Part shown: positions 26,553-35,687 of the stretch, piece after piece
Layout: every line of letters begins with the position of its first letter
How positions within the stretch are numbered: the stretch's first letter is position 1
Source: an uncultured Woeseia sp.
GTDB taxonomy: Bacteria > Pseudomonadota > Gammaproteobacteria > Steroidobacterales > UBA11654
DNA length: 35,687 nt
Direction of reading: 5' to 3'
Assembly: GCA_964561815.1 (NCBI GenBank)
Contig: CAZLQT010000001.1
Coordinates: 20,868 to 56,554, forward strand
Translations under genes and position numbers: made by a program
The notes under the pieces: model-generated
Told to the model about the DNA's origin: nothing
Databases searched by the model: none
What the model saw: only the letters and a program-made list of their open reading frames with translations

Positions 26553-26569
26553 ATTTAAGTTGATGATAA

Positions 26570-27355
26570 ATGTTTGTTTATCCTGAGATTAACCCAATAG
26601 CCATTAGTATTGGCCCCTTAGCCATTGCTTGGTATGGGATCATGTATTTACTGGGTTTTGTTGCTGCTTACTTATTGGCAGGATATAGAGTTCAGCAAGA
26701 TTGGTCGCCGGTCGCAAAAGAACAAGTTGACGATTTGATTTTTTATTCTGTGTTTGGAGTGATCCTAGGGGGGAGGCTGGGCTATATGATTTTCTATGAT
26801 GCTAATCAATTACTCAGTGACCCAATGAGTTGGTTGATTGCTCTGCCTCAGTTATGGAATGGAGGAATGTCTTTTCATGGCGGTTTACTCGGAGTATTGC
26901 TTGCAGCTTTTGCCTTTTCAAGACAGACTTCACAGCCTTTTATCAATGTGATTGATTTTGTAGCGCCTTTGGTCCCAATTGGTCTTGGTTTAGGCAGGAT
27001 TGGCAATTTTATTAACGGCGAGCTTTGGGGAGGACCTACAGATTCACCTTTTGGTTTTTTGGTGAATGGAACCATTAGACATGCAACTCAGCTTTATGAA
27101 GCAACTCTGGAGGGCTTAATTTTATTTATTATCTTATGGATATACACTTCTAAGAAAAGGCCAATCGGATTTCCTTCAGCAGTTTTTTTAATTGTTTATG
27201 GATTTTTTAGAGTCTTTGTTGAATTCTTTAGATTACCTGATGCTCATATTGGCTATTTATTTGACGATTGGCTAACACTTGGACAAGTATTGACGCTACC
27301 AATGATGTTCATTGGATTTTGGATTATTATTAGTCATAAGTTAAAGGTAAAATAA
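26570..27355 (+). CDS. lgt: phosphatidylglycerol--prolipoprotein diacylglyceryl transferase
   Basis: Motifs are WYGIMYLLGF, GGMSFHGGLLG and GRIGNFINGELWG. It sits in the conserved lgt-thyA pairing. Confidence 0.92.
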   Translation: MFVYPEINPIAISIGPLAIAWYGIMYLLGFVAAYLLAGYRVQQDWSPVAKEQVDDLIFYSVFGVILGGRLGYMIFYDANQLLSDPMSWLIALPQLWNGGMSFHGGLLGVLLAAFAFSRQTSQPFINVIDFVAPLVPIGLGLGRIGNFINGELWGGPTDSPFGFLVNGTIRHATQLYEATLEGLILFIILWIYTSKKRPIGFPSAVFLIVYGFFRVFVEFFRLPDAHIGYLFDDWLTLGQVLTLPMMFIGFWIIISHKLKVK

Positions 27356-27382
27356 TCCAATATTTTTTAAAGGGAGACGTGA

Positions 27383-28219
27383 GTGCAACAGTATTTAGAT
27401 TTACTTCAAAAGATTCTCGATGAAGGCGAGGTAAAAGAAGATAGAACTGGTACAGGTACTCGAAGTTTTTTTGGTCATCAAATGCGTTTCAATCTAAAGG
27501 ATGGTTTTCCTTTATTGACCACAAAAAAAATCTTCTTTAAAGGCGTTGTACACGAACTGCTTTGGTTCTTAAATGGCTCTACAGATAATAATGAATTGAA
27601 GGACAACGGTGTGCATATTTGGGATGAATGGGAAGATGAGAGTGGGGATTTAGGACCTATTTATGGCTATCAATGGCGTCACTGGCCAGACCAAAATAGC
27701 GGGGGCTCCATTGACCAGATACAAAATGTTATTGATCAGTTGAAACATAATCCAAGCTCCAGAAGAATTATTGTCAGCGCTTGGAATGTTGCCGATCTAC
27801 CCGATGAAAGCATTTCACCTCAAGATAATGTAAAAAACAATAAAATGGCTTTAGCGCCATGCCATGCCTTGTTTCAATTTTTTGTTTCTCAAGGAGCATT
27901 ATCATGTCAACTCTATCAGCGAAGCTGCGACACTTTCTTGGGGCTAGGGTTCAACATTGCCTCATACAGCTTATTGACCCACATGCTTGCACAGCAGTGC
28001 GATCTTAATGTAGGCGATTTTATTTGGACTGGAGGTGATGTCCACTTGTATCTTAATCATATGGAGCAAGCTAAAGAACAGCTCTCAAGGGAGCCTTATG
28101 AATTACCAACACTAAACATCAAAAGAAAGCCAGATTCAATATATGACTATGCTTACGAAGATTTCGAGTTGGCCAACTATCAATGCCATCCTCATATCAA
28201 GGCACCTATTTCAATTTAA
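27383..28219 (+). CDS. thyA: thymidylate synthase (ThyA type)
   Basis: The GTG start has AGGGAG at 27371-27376. Motifs are DRTGTGT, catalytic [29 protein letters not shown] and C-terminal KAPISI. Confidence 0.95.
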   Translation: MQQYLDLLQKILDEGEVKEDRTGTGTRSFFGHQMRFNLKDGFPLLTTKKIFFKGVVHELLWFLNGSTDNNELKDNGVHIWDEWEDESGDLGPIYGYQWRHWPDQNSGGSIDQIQNVIDQLKHNPSSRRIIVSAWNVADLPDESISPQDNVKNNKMALAPCHALFQFFVSQGALSCQLYQRSCDTFLGLGFNIASYSLLTHMLAQQCDLNVGDFIWTGGDVHLYLNHMEQAKEQLSREPYELPTLNIKRKPDSIYDYAYEDFELANYQCHPHIKAPISI

Positions 28220-29021
28220 GACTATTTATTCTAATAGGCTCATCAGGTTTGCTTATGTCTATTGCCACAAGTTCTCCTCCCCACACGCAACCGCCATCAA
28301 GACAGACTACATTTTGGCCATGGAAATACCCTAAAGATGACCAATGACCGAAGACTATAAGGTTATTTTTTACCTTTCTATTCGGGTATATGTACCAAGG
28401 GATTAGACCATCAGTGACATTTTCTGGAGAGTCTTTTTCTTCAAAATCGCATTGACCTAGCTGATTTAGATATCGCATCCTTGTAAAAGAATTTACAATG
28501 GCGTTAAATCGTTTTTTGCCAACTAAGCCACTTGACCATGAGTCATCAGAATACATAGACTTAAAAAACGCACTTGCATTATTTCCTCTTATAACCGATT
28601 CAATTTCTTCACCGTATTTTCTAACTTTCTCTAAACTCCATAATGGATGAACTCCGGCGTGAACAATTAGGGCATCTGATTCTTCATCGATATGGAACAG
28701 AGGCTGATGTCTGAGCCATTCTATAAGGTTAATTTTATTAGCTGACGATAATATTGGTCTTAAGCAATCGTCCTTAGATCTCAACTCTTTATCAGTTAGA
28801 GCTAGAGCAATAAGATGAAAGTCATGATTGCCGAGAACATTCACAACAGATTCCTTGATTGAATATAAATACTCTAAAACCTTTAATGAGTCAGGGCCTC
28901 GGTTTACTAAATCTCCTGTAAAGCATAATTTATCTGAAGCAGGATCAAATTCGATGTGATCAAGGAGCAGCCTTAGTTCTTCATAACAACCTTGTAGGTC
29001 TCCAAAAGCATAGTTTGTCAT
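28206..29021 (-). CDS. apaH: bis(5'-nucleosyl)-tetraphosphatase (symmetrical)
   Basis: Metallophosphatase motifs are [16 protein letters not shown] and GNHD. It sits downstream of rsmA with an ATGA overlap. Confidence 0.9.
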   Translation of the reverse strand: MTNYAFGDLQGCYEELRLLLDHIEFDPASDKLCFTGDLVNRGPDSLKVLEYLYSIKESVVNVLGNHDFHLIALALTDKELRSKDDCLRPILSSANKINLIEWLRHQPLFHIDEESDALIVHAGVHPLWSLEKVRKYGEEIESVIRGNNASAFFKSMYSDDSWSSGLVGKKRFNAIVNSFTRMRYLNQLGQCDFEEKDSPENVTDGLIPWYIYPNRKVKNNLIVFGHWSSLGYFHGQNVVCLDGGCVWGGELVAIDISKPDEPIRINSLKLK

Positions 29022-29800
29022 TGTTTGACGCCTCTTTTAGACAAACGCAAGAATTCATTTACAGTTAGGTTTTCAGGTCTTGATTCTGGATCAATACCTA
29101 ATTTCTTTATTTCATCGATTGTGAAAGCATCTTTTAATGAGTTACTAATTTTTTTACGTCTTTGATTGAAGGCTAAGATTAGTATTTGGTTTAATTCTGC
29201 ATCAATAGTCATATTTAATGGGGGTTTAGGGCTTATCTTTACCAGCGATGACATAACTTTTGGTTTTGGGTAAAAGGCAGTTGGCTTAACGTCAAAAACT
29301 TTTTCAGCAGTGCATCTTGCTTGTATTGACACCGATAGTCTTCCGTATATTTTTGAATTTGGTTTACTCACTATTCGATCAGCTACTTCTTTTTGAACCA
29401 TCAAATGCAAATCATCGAAATACTCATTAAATTTAATGAGGTGGAAAATTAATGGAGTAGAGATGTGGTATGGCAAATTACCAACAATTCTTATTTTTTT
29501 GTCGCCATATGAAGATGCAAAGTTAAATTTTAAGGCATCTATTTGATGGATATTTATCTTCTTACTTTCTTGACTCTCTCTTAGCTTGCTAACCAAGTCC
29601 CTATCTATCTCGATCACCTCAATCCGATTAAGTTTTTGAAGCAATGCAAAAGTCAGCGCACCACGACCAGGACCTATTTCTATGACATGATCATCTTCCA
29701 GCGGATCAATAGAGCCAACAATTTTGTTGATAATATTCTTGTCGTGTAAGAAGTTTTGACTAAAACGTCTACGAGGTCTGACTGCGTTTTTTTTCTGCAT
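29018..29800 (-). CDS. rsmA: 16S rRNA (adenine1518/1519-N6)-dimethyltransferase
   Basis: Motifs are RFSQNFL, the SAM motif VIEIGPGRGALT and GNLPYHISTPL. Confidence 0.93.
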   Translation of the reverse strand: MQKKNAVRPRRRFSQNFLHDKNIINKIVGSIDPLEDDHVIEIGPGRGALTFALLQKLNRIEVIEIDRDLVSKLRESQESKKINIHQIDALKFNFASSYGDKKIRIVGNLPYHISTPLIFHLIKFNEYFDDLHLMVQKEVADRIVSKPNSKIYGRLSVSIQARCTAEKVFDVKPTAFYPKPKVMSSLVKISPKPPLNMTIDAELNQILILAFNQRRKKISNSLKDAFTIDEIKKLGIDPESRPENLTVNEFLRLSKRGVKQ

Positions 29801-30764
29801 GATTAGCCATCTTTTTTGCTGTATCTAAGGCAAAATGCAAGCTCTGATTGTTGGCATCTTTTTTGCCTGCTTGATCAAGGGCGATGCCATGATCTACAGA
29901 GGTTCTTATAATTTCTAGACCCAAGGTAACATTTGCTGCTTGATGAGGGTTGTTATATTTAAACAGAGGCAATATTTGATCATGATATAGACTCAGAATG
30001 ATATCGCTCTTAGGCTTTTGAAGAAAGGCCGTGTCTGCAGCCAGTGGCCCGTCTATCTTTAAACCTTGATTTTGTAAGTCGTTAATAACTGGGAGGATTA
30101 TCTTTTGTTCTTCTTTACCTAATAATCCATTTTCTCCGGCATGAGGATTAAGACCTAAGACACCTATGGTTGGCTCTGATTCAGTAAAATAAAGCTTTAG
30201 ATCGTTCGAAATAATTTTACATGCATTGGCAATCAGATTCTCTGTGATCATTGTTGATACATCTTTGAGTGATACATGGGTTGTTGCAAGTGCGACTTTC
30301 ATTGTTTCAGATACAAAAAACATCAGAGGTTTCTTACCGCACAACTTACCTAAGAATTCTGTATGCCCTTTAAAATAAAAACCTGAATCAGCAATAATTT
30401 CTTTGCTAACAGGGGCAGTTATACAGCCTTTAAATTCATCTTTAAGGCAAGCCTCAACAGCAGACTCAATCATCTCAAGCACATAGGCGCTATTTTTTTT
30501 ATTAAGCGAGCCCGCATAACATTCTTCATAGAGATCAAAGTTGGTGACAAAGACCTCATTGTTTCCTAATTCTGCTGGTTCTTTAGTGGGATGATACTCG
30601 ATAAGAGAGAGATCTAGATCAAGCATCTCAGCTCTTTTCTTTAATAAATCAATATTACCAAAGATTACAAAATCTGAATTATCAGCCCTTTTAGCAATGG
30701 ACAAACAAATGTCAGGCCCAATCCCAGCTGGTTCCCCTGAAGTGACAACAAAAGGCGGATTCAT
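29769..30764 (-). CDS. pdxA: 4-hydroxythreonine-4-phosphate dehydrogenase
   Basis: Motifs are TSGEPAGIGPDI, GLNPHAGENG and TSVDHGIA. Its 3' end overlaps the rsmA start by 32 nt. Confidence 0.92.
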   Translation of the reverse strand: MNPPFVVTSGEPAGIGPDICLSIAKRADNSDFVIFGNIDLLKKRAEMLDLDLSLIEYHPTKEPAELGNNEVFVTNFDLYEECYAGSLNKKNSAYVLEMIESAVEACLKDEFKGCITAPVSKEIIADSGFYFKGHTEFLGKLCGKKPLMFFVSETMKVALATTHVSLKDVSTMITENLIANACKIISNDLKLYFTESEPTIGVLGLNPHAGENGLLGKEEQKIILPVINDLQNQGLKIDGPLAADTAFLQKPKSDIILSLYHDQILPLFKYNNPHQAANVTLGLEIIRTSVDHGIALDQAGKKDANNQSLHFALDTAKKMANHAEKKRSQTS

Positions 30765-30785
30765 TTTTTGTTTATATGATTGTTA

Positions 30786-32093
30786 TTAATTGTAAGGAAG
30801 AATTTCAACAAATGCCTCGTCTCTAAGCTCTCTTGACCAGATCTCTATTTCGCTTGAAAGCTTAGAATTTCTAATCGCCGAGATAGCTTTTCGTCTTTGT
30901 ATTTCTTCAGTGTTATCAAAAACTCTATCGCCGAGAAATTCGATGATATGCCAACCATATCTTGATCGGAAAGGCTGACTGATTTCGTTTTTTTCCAATG
31001 AATAGGCGACGTCCTCAAATTCAGGTACAAAGAAACCTCGTGGGGCCCAGCCCATATCCCCTCCATCTTGAGCAGAGCCAGCATCCTCTGAAACTGCAGC
31101 AGCGACAGCCCCAAAATTTCCTTCGTCAATAATTTGTTGTCGTATTGTTTTCAGTTTTTCTTCGGCAGCTGAATCATCAAGGACTTCATTAGTTTTGATC
31201 AATATATGTCTTACTTGAATTTGTTCTTCAAGAATTGGCTCATTTCCTTTTATTTGATTGAGTTTGAGTAGGTGAAATCCACTGGATGTTTGAAACGGTT
31301 GACTCAGTTCACCCTGTTGAAGTTGACTAGCTACTTTAATAAAGATTTCAGGCAATTGGTTGCCTTTCATCCATCCTAAATTTCCACCGGAAGCTGCTTG
31401 TTGTCCACCAGAGTTTTCTCTTGCTAATTGAGCAAAATCTTCACCTTGAGTTATTCTGTTTTCAAGCTCATAGATCAAAGATTCTTTGTTTTCAATTTCT
31501 TTACGCCCAGCTCGTGAGCCTGTTGCTACTAATATATGAGATAAATTATAATCATAATTTAGTGCATCTTGCTCTTTTTGAAAGACTAAAAAACTATCCA
31601 GCTCGCTTTCTGTCACAGCAATTCTTGAGATCACTTCTCTTTGCCTTAGTTGTTCAATAATTAACTGTTGTCTTAACTCATTTCTATAATCATTATATTC
31701 AATCCCCTCTAGAGCGAGGACACCAGGAAACTCTTCAAAACTAACGTTATTATTACTAGCAACATTAGCTATTGCATTGTTTAAAATTTCGTCAGTAATC
31801 CTAATTCCATATCTATCAGCTCTTTGTAATTGGACTCTTTGAAGAATGAGTCGCTCAAGCACGTCTTCTCTTATAGTTTCCATAGGAGGCATTTGACCGC
31901 CTTGCTTTTCTAGGGTTGCAATTATAAGACCCAGCTGATTTTCAAGCTCACTTCTTAATACGATTCCATCATTAACTATTGCAACAACACTATCGATGAA
32001 CTCACCTGAACTACTGAGTTCCCTAGTTTGTGAGTCTACCCCTGAACTAAATATCATTAGGGTGCAGACGATTGCTGTTAGTTGTTTTTTCAT
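30786..32093 (-). CDS. surA: periplasmic chaperone / peptidyl-prolyl isomerase SurA
   Basis: It has a signal peptide, a SurA N-domain and two parvulin domains (SGGNLGWMKG; DGGDMGWAPRG). It sits between lptD and pdxA. Confidence 0.92.
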   Translation of the reverse strand: MKKQLTAIVCTLMIFSSGVDSQTRELSSSGEFIDSVVAIVNDGIVLRSELENQLGLIIATLEKQGGQMPPMETIREDVLERLILQRVQLQRADRYGIRITDEILNNAIANVASNNNVSFEEFPGVLALEGIEYNDYRNELRQQLIIEQLRQREVISRIAVTESELDSFLVFQKEQDALNYDYNLSHILVATGSRAGRKEIENKESLIYELENRITQGEDFAQLARENSGGQQAASGGNLGWMKGNQLPEIFIKVASQLQQGELSQPFQTSSGFHLLKLNQIKGNEPILEEQIQVRHILIKTNEVLDDSAAEEKLKTIRQQIIDEGNFGAVAAAVSEDAGSAQDGGDMGWAPRGFFVPEFEDVAYSLEKNEISQPFRSRYGWHIIEFLGDRVFDNTEEIQRRKAISAIRNSKLSSEIEIWSRELRDEAFVEILPYN

Positions 32094-32104
32094 TTGCTTA
32101 AAAT

Positions 32105-34285
32105 TTATGGAACATCATAGCCCAATATTCCTTCTTCCAGAAGGTTTTCTATTGGCATACCTACCTCGCCTAATCCTTTAAATACGAATTGAATTGAGAA
32201 TGAGGTATCCGTTTCTCCGTTACGGTATATTAAATGTTTTCTTGAAATAGCTCTAATTCCCCAACAGCATGATTCATATTCAATGCCAAAAAAGTGTTCC
32301 AGCGATTTGCGATCTTTGATCGAGTAATTATATCGACCAACAAAGTTCCATTTGTCTCTAATAGGCCAGGAGAATGAAGCGTCCAATTGTTTCAAGCTTT
32401 CTTTTCTATATCGATAAGATAGGTTCATTATTTTTGAATCCGCTGACTTATATCGAATACCAATTTGTGTTTTATTTGTTTGTTTATAGTCTGAATCCCA
32501 CACATGACCTAATTTTAGCCTCCAACGAGGATTAATAGACCATTGCATAGTGGCTAGATAAGCTGATGAATCATGATTGTTGGGTAATTCACCTGGTAAA
32601 TTAATTTTTCGATCTTTGAAGTATCGTGTTTTACCAAATGTAAAGTTAAAGAACTCTGATGAATTTTCTTTGCCATATATTCTGGAAGTTATTCCATACG
32701 ATAACTTGGAAGTATCTCCAATCCTATCTTGACCAAGATATCTATTCTTTCTGAACAGCTCATAAATATTACGATCGGGAACAATAGAATCAAAAACAGG
32801 AAAGTCATCTTGGTTTTTGAAAGGTATATAAACACCTAAGATTCTAGGTTCTAATGTTTGTATGTAGCCTTGATCTTCCCAATTCTTTTTAAATAGCGCC
32901 TGTATATCCAGACTATAGATTGGCACTGTTCTATTGGGCCTATCTTCCTCCACAGCATCATCAGCGGATCCTTCAAGATTATAAGATGTCAGATCAAGCT
33001 CAATCTCTGGCTTGACCTGTAGGCCATTAAAGTTAAAAGTCTTAGAGAGATTAGGCATCGCATGGAACCGAGTACCAGTGATATTTACACTGCTATCAAA
33101 GTGAGCAAGATTAAGGTCTAATCCATAAGAGAGATTCGATTTTTTATTTACCCATTGGCCATTAAAGTCAACATAGGGCAGAATTCTATGCGGCTTATCA
33201 TCTAGTGAAATGGACTGATCTAAGATTTGAAAATTATCCATTCCTATGTCCAAAAGCCAGTTCTCAGAAAACCCTTGCATATGAATGGTTCTGAATAAAT
33301 GAGTCCTGCTTGTTGAATTTATACTGCCGGTTAAATCTTCAAAATACTCATTATCAGAGGCATACTCTCCATCTATTCTTACTCTCCAGTTTGAGGCCAA
33401 ATTTATGCTTTGATCAATGCCAATATAATTCCGAGTGCTGCCTGTAATATCATCATTTGGCAGAATATCAAAGCTGATCTCACCATTTTGTCTAGAGGTA
33501 AGGAACCTGAATTTATTAGTTAATTGAGTTCCTCTTTTCCCCATCCAATTGATAGAGCTTACCATGTCCATATTTGGTGCAATATTCCAATAATAGGGCA
33601 TTTCAATCTCTGTGCCTTTTTTTGATGAAGACCCAAAGTTAGGAATAAGGATTCCTGATTTTCTTTTTTCAGATGCCGGGAAGGAAAGATAAGGCAGAAA
33701 AAATATTGGGGTATTTTTTACTTTCAAAACTAGATTTTTTGCGATGCCTTCATCGCTTTTTATCTGTATAGCCTCCGCTGTTATACCCCAAGTGTCATCA
33801 TTGTTAGCACATGAGGTGTAAAAGGGCTTGATTAGAGTAAATTCGTTTTCTGATTCTACCCTTATTTCTTCTGCTCTGCCTCTCGCCTGAGGCGATAGTA
33901 ATTGGTAGTCTGTCGCTGTAATAACAGCATTATTATTGTCTGTTTCAATCACAGCACTTTCTGCAAAAACCAATAGGTTGTTGTTTTCAAGGATTAAGCC
34001 CTTATTGATTCTGATTCTGCCCGCATCTTCGTTATAGAGGACCTCTTCAGCAATAATATTATTTGGACCAGAGACAATTTTGATTTTATCTCTAATTTCT
34101 ATTTCTTCGCCAATCGCCCCTGTTAATTCTCCTGTTTCGATGGCCCATGATTCATTCTTGGTCAATAAACTGGATATTGGATCTATTTTTGGGGCTAGAC
34201 AGGTGGTTGCTAAAACCTTTATAGGGTTCAGAGTAATAGCAATAAAAACTATTAAGGAAAACGCATTAAGTCTAGAATGTTTCAT
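32105..34285 (-). CDS. lptD: LPS-assembly outer-membrane protein LptD
   Basis: It has a signal peptide and the LptD Cys pattern: two N-terminal Cys (ATTCLAP, YTSCANN) plus a C-terminal adjacent pair (YESCCWGIR). It has a large beta-barrel-like C-domain and lies upstream of surA. The ORF track extends to a TTG at 34309; I prefer ATG at 34285 (MKHSRLNAF..). Confidence 0.9.
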   Translation of the reverse strand: MKHSRLNAFSLIVFIAITLNPIKVLATTCLAPKIDPISSLLTKNESWAIETGELTGAIGEEIEIRDKIKIVSGPNNIIAEEVLYNEDAGRIRINKGLILENNNLLVFAESAVIETDNNNAVITATDYQLLSPQARGRAEEIRVESENEFTLIKPFYTSCANNDDTWGITAEAIQIKSDEGIAKNLVLKVKNTPIFFLPYLSFPASEKRKSGILIPNFGSSSKKGTEIEMPYYWNIAPNMDMVSSINWMGKRGTQLTNKFRFLTSRQNGEISFDILPNDDITGSTRNYIGIDQSINLASNWRVRIDGEYASDNEYFEDLTGSINSTSRTHLFRTIHMQGFSENWLLDIGMDNFQILDQSISLDDKPHRILPYVDFNGQWVNKKSNLSYGLDLNLAHFDSSVNITGTRFHAMPNLSKTFNFNGLQVKPEIELDLTSYNLEGSADDAVEEDRPNRTVPIYSLDIQALFKKNWEDQGYIQTLEPRILGVYIPFKNQDDFPVFDSIVPDRNIYELFRKNRYLGQDRIGDTSKLSYGITSRIYGKENSSEFFNFTFGKTRYFKDRKINLPGELPNNHDSSAYLATMQWSINPRWRLKLGHVWDSDYKQTNKTQIGIRYKSADSKIMNLSYRYRKESLKQLDASFSWPIRDKWNFVGRYNYSIKDRKSLEHFFGIEYESCCWGIRAISRKHLIYRNGETDTSFSIQFVFKGLGEVGMPIENLLEEGILGYDVP

Positions 34286-34326
34286 GATCCTATAGTTATG
34301 AAAAATCAACAGTTAATTAATTTTAT

Positions 34327-35325
34327 ATGAATCCAGAGAAAAGATACCAACTATTAGAGAGATGGGCTATAGAAACTCTCGACTCATCACAGATAGAGAT
34401 TTATCCAATTAATTCAGATGCTAGTTTTAGAAACTATTTTCGTGTAAATGATCGTTCAGGTGCCACCTATATCATTATGGATTCACCGCCTGATAAAGAG
34501 AATAACCTTCAGTTTATTCTTATTTCTGAAATATTAAAGAAAATGAAAATTCCATCCACTAAGGTCTATGCAAAGGATTTATCTAAGGGTTTTTTTATTC
34601 TAAGCGATCTTGGTCCATCAACTCTATTCGATCATAATCTAGATACATCAAAAAAAACAAACCGAGAAGAACTCTACACTCAAGCGATAAACATACTTGT
34701 TTTAATTCAAAAAAATGGGAATGCTTTTTTAGACCAATTACCTCTTTATGACCTAGAACTTCTTGAAACAGAAATGAATCTATTTCTTGATTGGTATTGT
34801 ATTAAAGAGCTTGAAATGAATACGTCACAATTGAATAAATTTAACCTAGAGGAGTGTTTTAAGCATTTATCAGAGAGCGCCTTAAAACAAACACAAGTAT
34901 TTGTTCATAGAGATTATCATTCAAGGAATATCATGATCTCCAATCAAGATGAGCTTGGTATTATTGATTTTCAAGATGCTGTTTTGGGGCCTATAACATA
35001 TGATTTAGTTTCCCTTCTAAGGGATTGCTATATTGAATTATCAGATAAAGAAATAAGGCATTGGCTTGAATTGGTGTATCAAAGATTAACTAATGAAAAT
35101 ACGCTGGATATTTCTTATGAAAAATTTGAGACTGATTTTGATTTAATGGGCTGTCAGAGGCATCTAAAAGCTATTGGTATCTTTTCGAGACTTAAACACA
35201 GGGATGGAAAACCCAATTACATGGAAGATGTCCCTAGAACTTTGGATTATTTGAAAAAGATCTCAAAGAAATACGATGTTCTTGAGCCCCTCAATGATTT
35301 TATTAATTCTTCTCAACCACAATGA
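34327..35325 (+). CDS. amgK: aminoglycoside-phosphotransferase-fold kinase, N-acetylmuramate/N-acetylglucosamine kinase-like
   Basis: Motifs are DASFRNYFRV, the catalytic loop HRDYHSRNIM and IDFQDA. It lies divergent from lptD and upstream of murU, as in Pseudomonas. Confidence 0.75.
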   Translation: MNPEKRYQLLERWAIETLDSSQIEIYPINSDASFRNYFRVNDRSGATYIIMDSPPDKENNLQFILISEILKKMKIPSTKVYAKDLSKGFFILSDLGPSTLFDHNLDTSKKTNREELYTQAINILVLIQKNGNAFLDQLPLYDLELLETEMNLFLDWYCIKELEMNTSQLNKFNLEECFKHLSESALKQTQVFVHRDYHSRNIMISNQDELGIIDFQDAVLGPITYDLVSLLRDCYIELSDKEIRHWLELVYQRLTNENTLDISYEKFETDFDLMGCQRHLKAIGIFSRLKHRDGKPNYMEDVPRTLDYLKKISKKYDVLEPLNDFINSSQPQ

Positions 35326-35687
35326 AGGCTATGATTCTGTCAGCAGGATTGGGTACAAGGCTTATGCCCCTGACAGCAGAGAAACCTAAGCCTCTAGTTA
35401 AAGTTGGCAAACAGAGTCTATTGGAAAGAAATATTTTTCATCTATATAAACATGGGGTTAAAGAAATGGTAATTAATGGCTCCAGATTTGGCGAACAAAT
35501 CGAGGCACTGGTAGACGGTATAGATCTACCTGGACTAAAAACATACTTCATAGATGAAGGAACCAAACCCTTAGGGACTGCGGGCGCAATTTTTAATGCC
35601 CAGGAAAAAGGATATTTCCTTGAAGAGGACTTCTGGGTAGTCAATTCTGATGTCTTATCAAATTATGAATTTCCAGCGATTGAATTT
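35322..35687 (+). CDS. murU: sugar-1-phosphate nucleotidyltransferase, MurNAc-alpha-1-P uridylyltransferase-like; 3' end outside window
   Basis: This CDS is absent from the ORF track because it has no stop. I translated it by hand as MKAMILSAGLGTRLMPLTAEKPKPLVKVGKQSLLERNIF...LGTAGAI.... It stays open for 122 codons to the window end. ATGA overlaps the amgK stop. Confidence 0.75.
   Translation, partial: MKAMILSAGLGTRLMPLTAEKPKPLVKVGKQSLLERNIFHLYKHGVKEMVINGSRFGEQIEALVDGIDLPGLKTYFIDEGTKPLGTAGAIFNAQEKGYFLEEDFWVVNSDVLSNYEFPAIEF

Noticed and set aside
35438-35644. A 68-aa minus-strand ORF near the window end.
   Set aside because: It is antisense to the murU-like frame, which is open for 122 codons to the window edge, carries the nucleotidyltransferase N-terminal motif and is start/stop-coupled to amgK.
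1-35687. CRISPR arrays, tRNA/rRNA genes, riboswitches, toxin-antitoxin pairs, restriction-modification or other phage-defence genes.
   Set aside because: Only about 1.08 kb is non-coding, in pieces of 173 nt or less. None shows spaced direct repeats, tRNA T-loop or acceptor features, or leader structures I recognise. No protein carries nuclease, helicase, methyltransferase (other than RsmA), TIR or other defence-type motifs.

Overview
This is a dense chromosomal segment. About 1.08 kb of 35.7 kb lies outside the called ORFs, so it is roughly 97% coding. GC is low, high-30s % by eye. Core synteny is gammaproteobacterial: lgt-thyA, lptD-surA-pdxA-rsmA-apaH, and a divergent amgK-murU pair as in Pseudomonas. 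I support 36 CDS, including two that run off the window ends; the 3' one (murU-like, 35322..35687) is missing from the ORF track because it has no stop. I saw no rRNA, tRNA, CRISPR array, transposase, integrase or recognisable phage-defence gene. The content falls into these blocks:

- **1-6.9 kb:** pyrC 3' end, a translationally coupled three-gene 2-oxoacid oxidoreductase (GltD-like flavoprotein/ferredoxin fusion plus KorA plus KorB), and PBP4.
- **6.9-12.7 kb:** a methionine-sulfoxide repair neighbourhood (msrQP, msrA) interleaved with a DctP-family binding protein/MFS permease pair and a TPR/TonB-C-terminal protein.
- **12.7-17.6 kb:** a glycine-zipper lipoprotein and an adaptor/ATPase/two-permease MacB-type (type VII) ABC system.
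- **17.6-23.0 kb:** hydrolases, an M20 peptidase, a Cys-type GST, an orphan beta-propeller and a GNAT.
- **23.2-25.6 kb:** an ECF sigma / RskA-type anti-sigma pair flanked by two exported proteins.
- **25.7-35.7 kb:** housekeeping envelope genes.

The best candidates for something undescribed are:

- **ECF module:** both flanking secreted proteins are predicted to mature to N-termini carrying a His pair (SGHH.., GHHE..), suggesting a periplasmic metal-sensing unit.
- **SBP/MFS operon:** a TRAP-type binding protein sits 10 nt from an MFS permease, with no DctQM genes.
- **Hybrid ABC system:** LolCE-like heterodimeric permeases combined with a MacA-like adaptor.
- **korCAB-like enzyme:** a self-contained 2-oxoacid:NAD(P)+ oxidoreductase.

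A genome-architecture signal runs through the window: all six convergent gene junctions have essentially no spacer, and four of them interlock their stop codons on a shared TTAR tetranucleotide. All functional calls come from motif and synteny recognition by eye; no searches were run.
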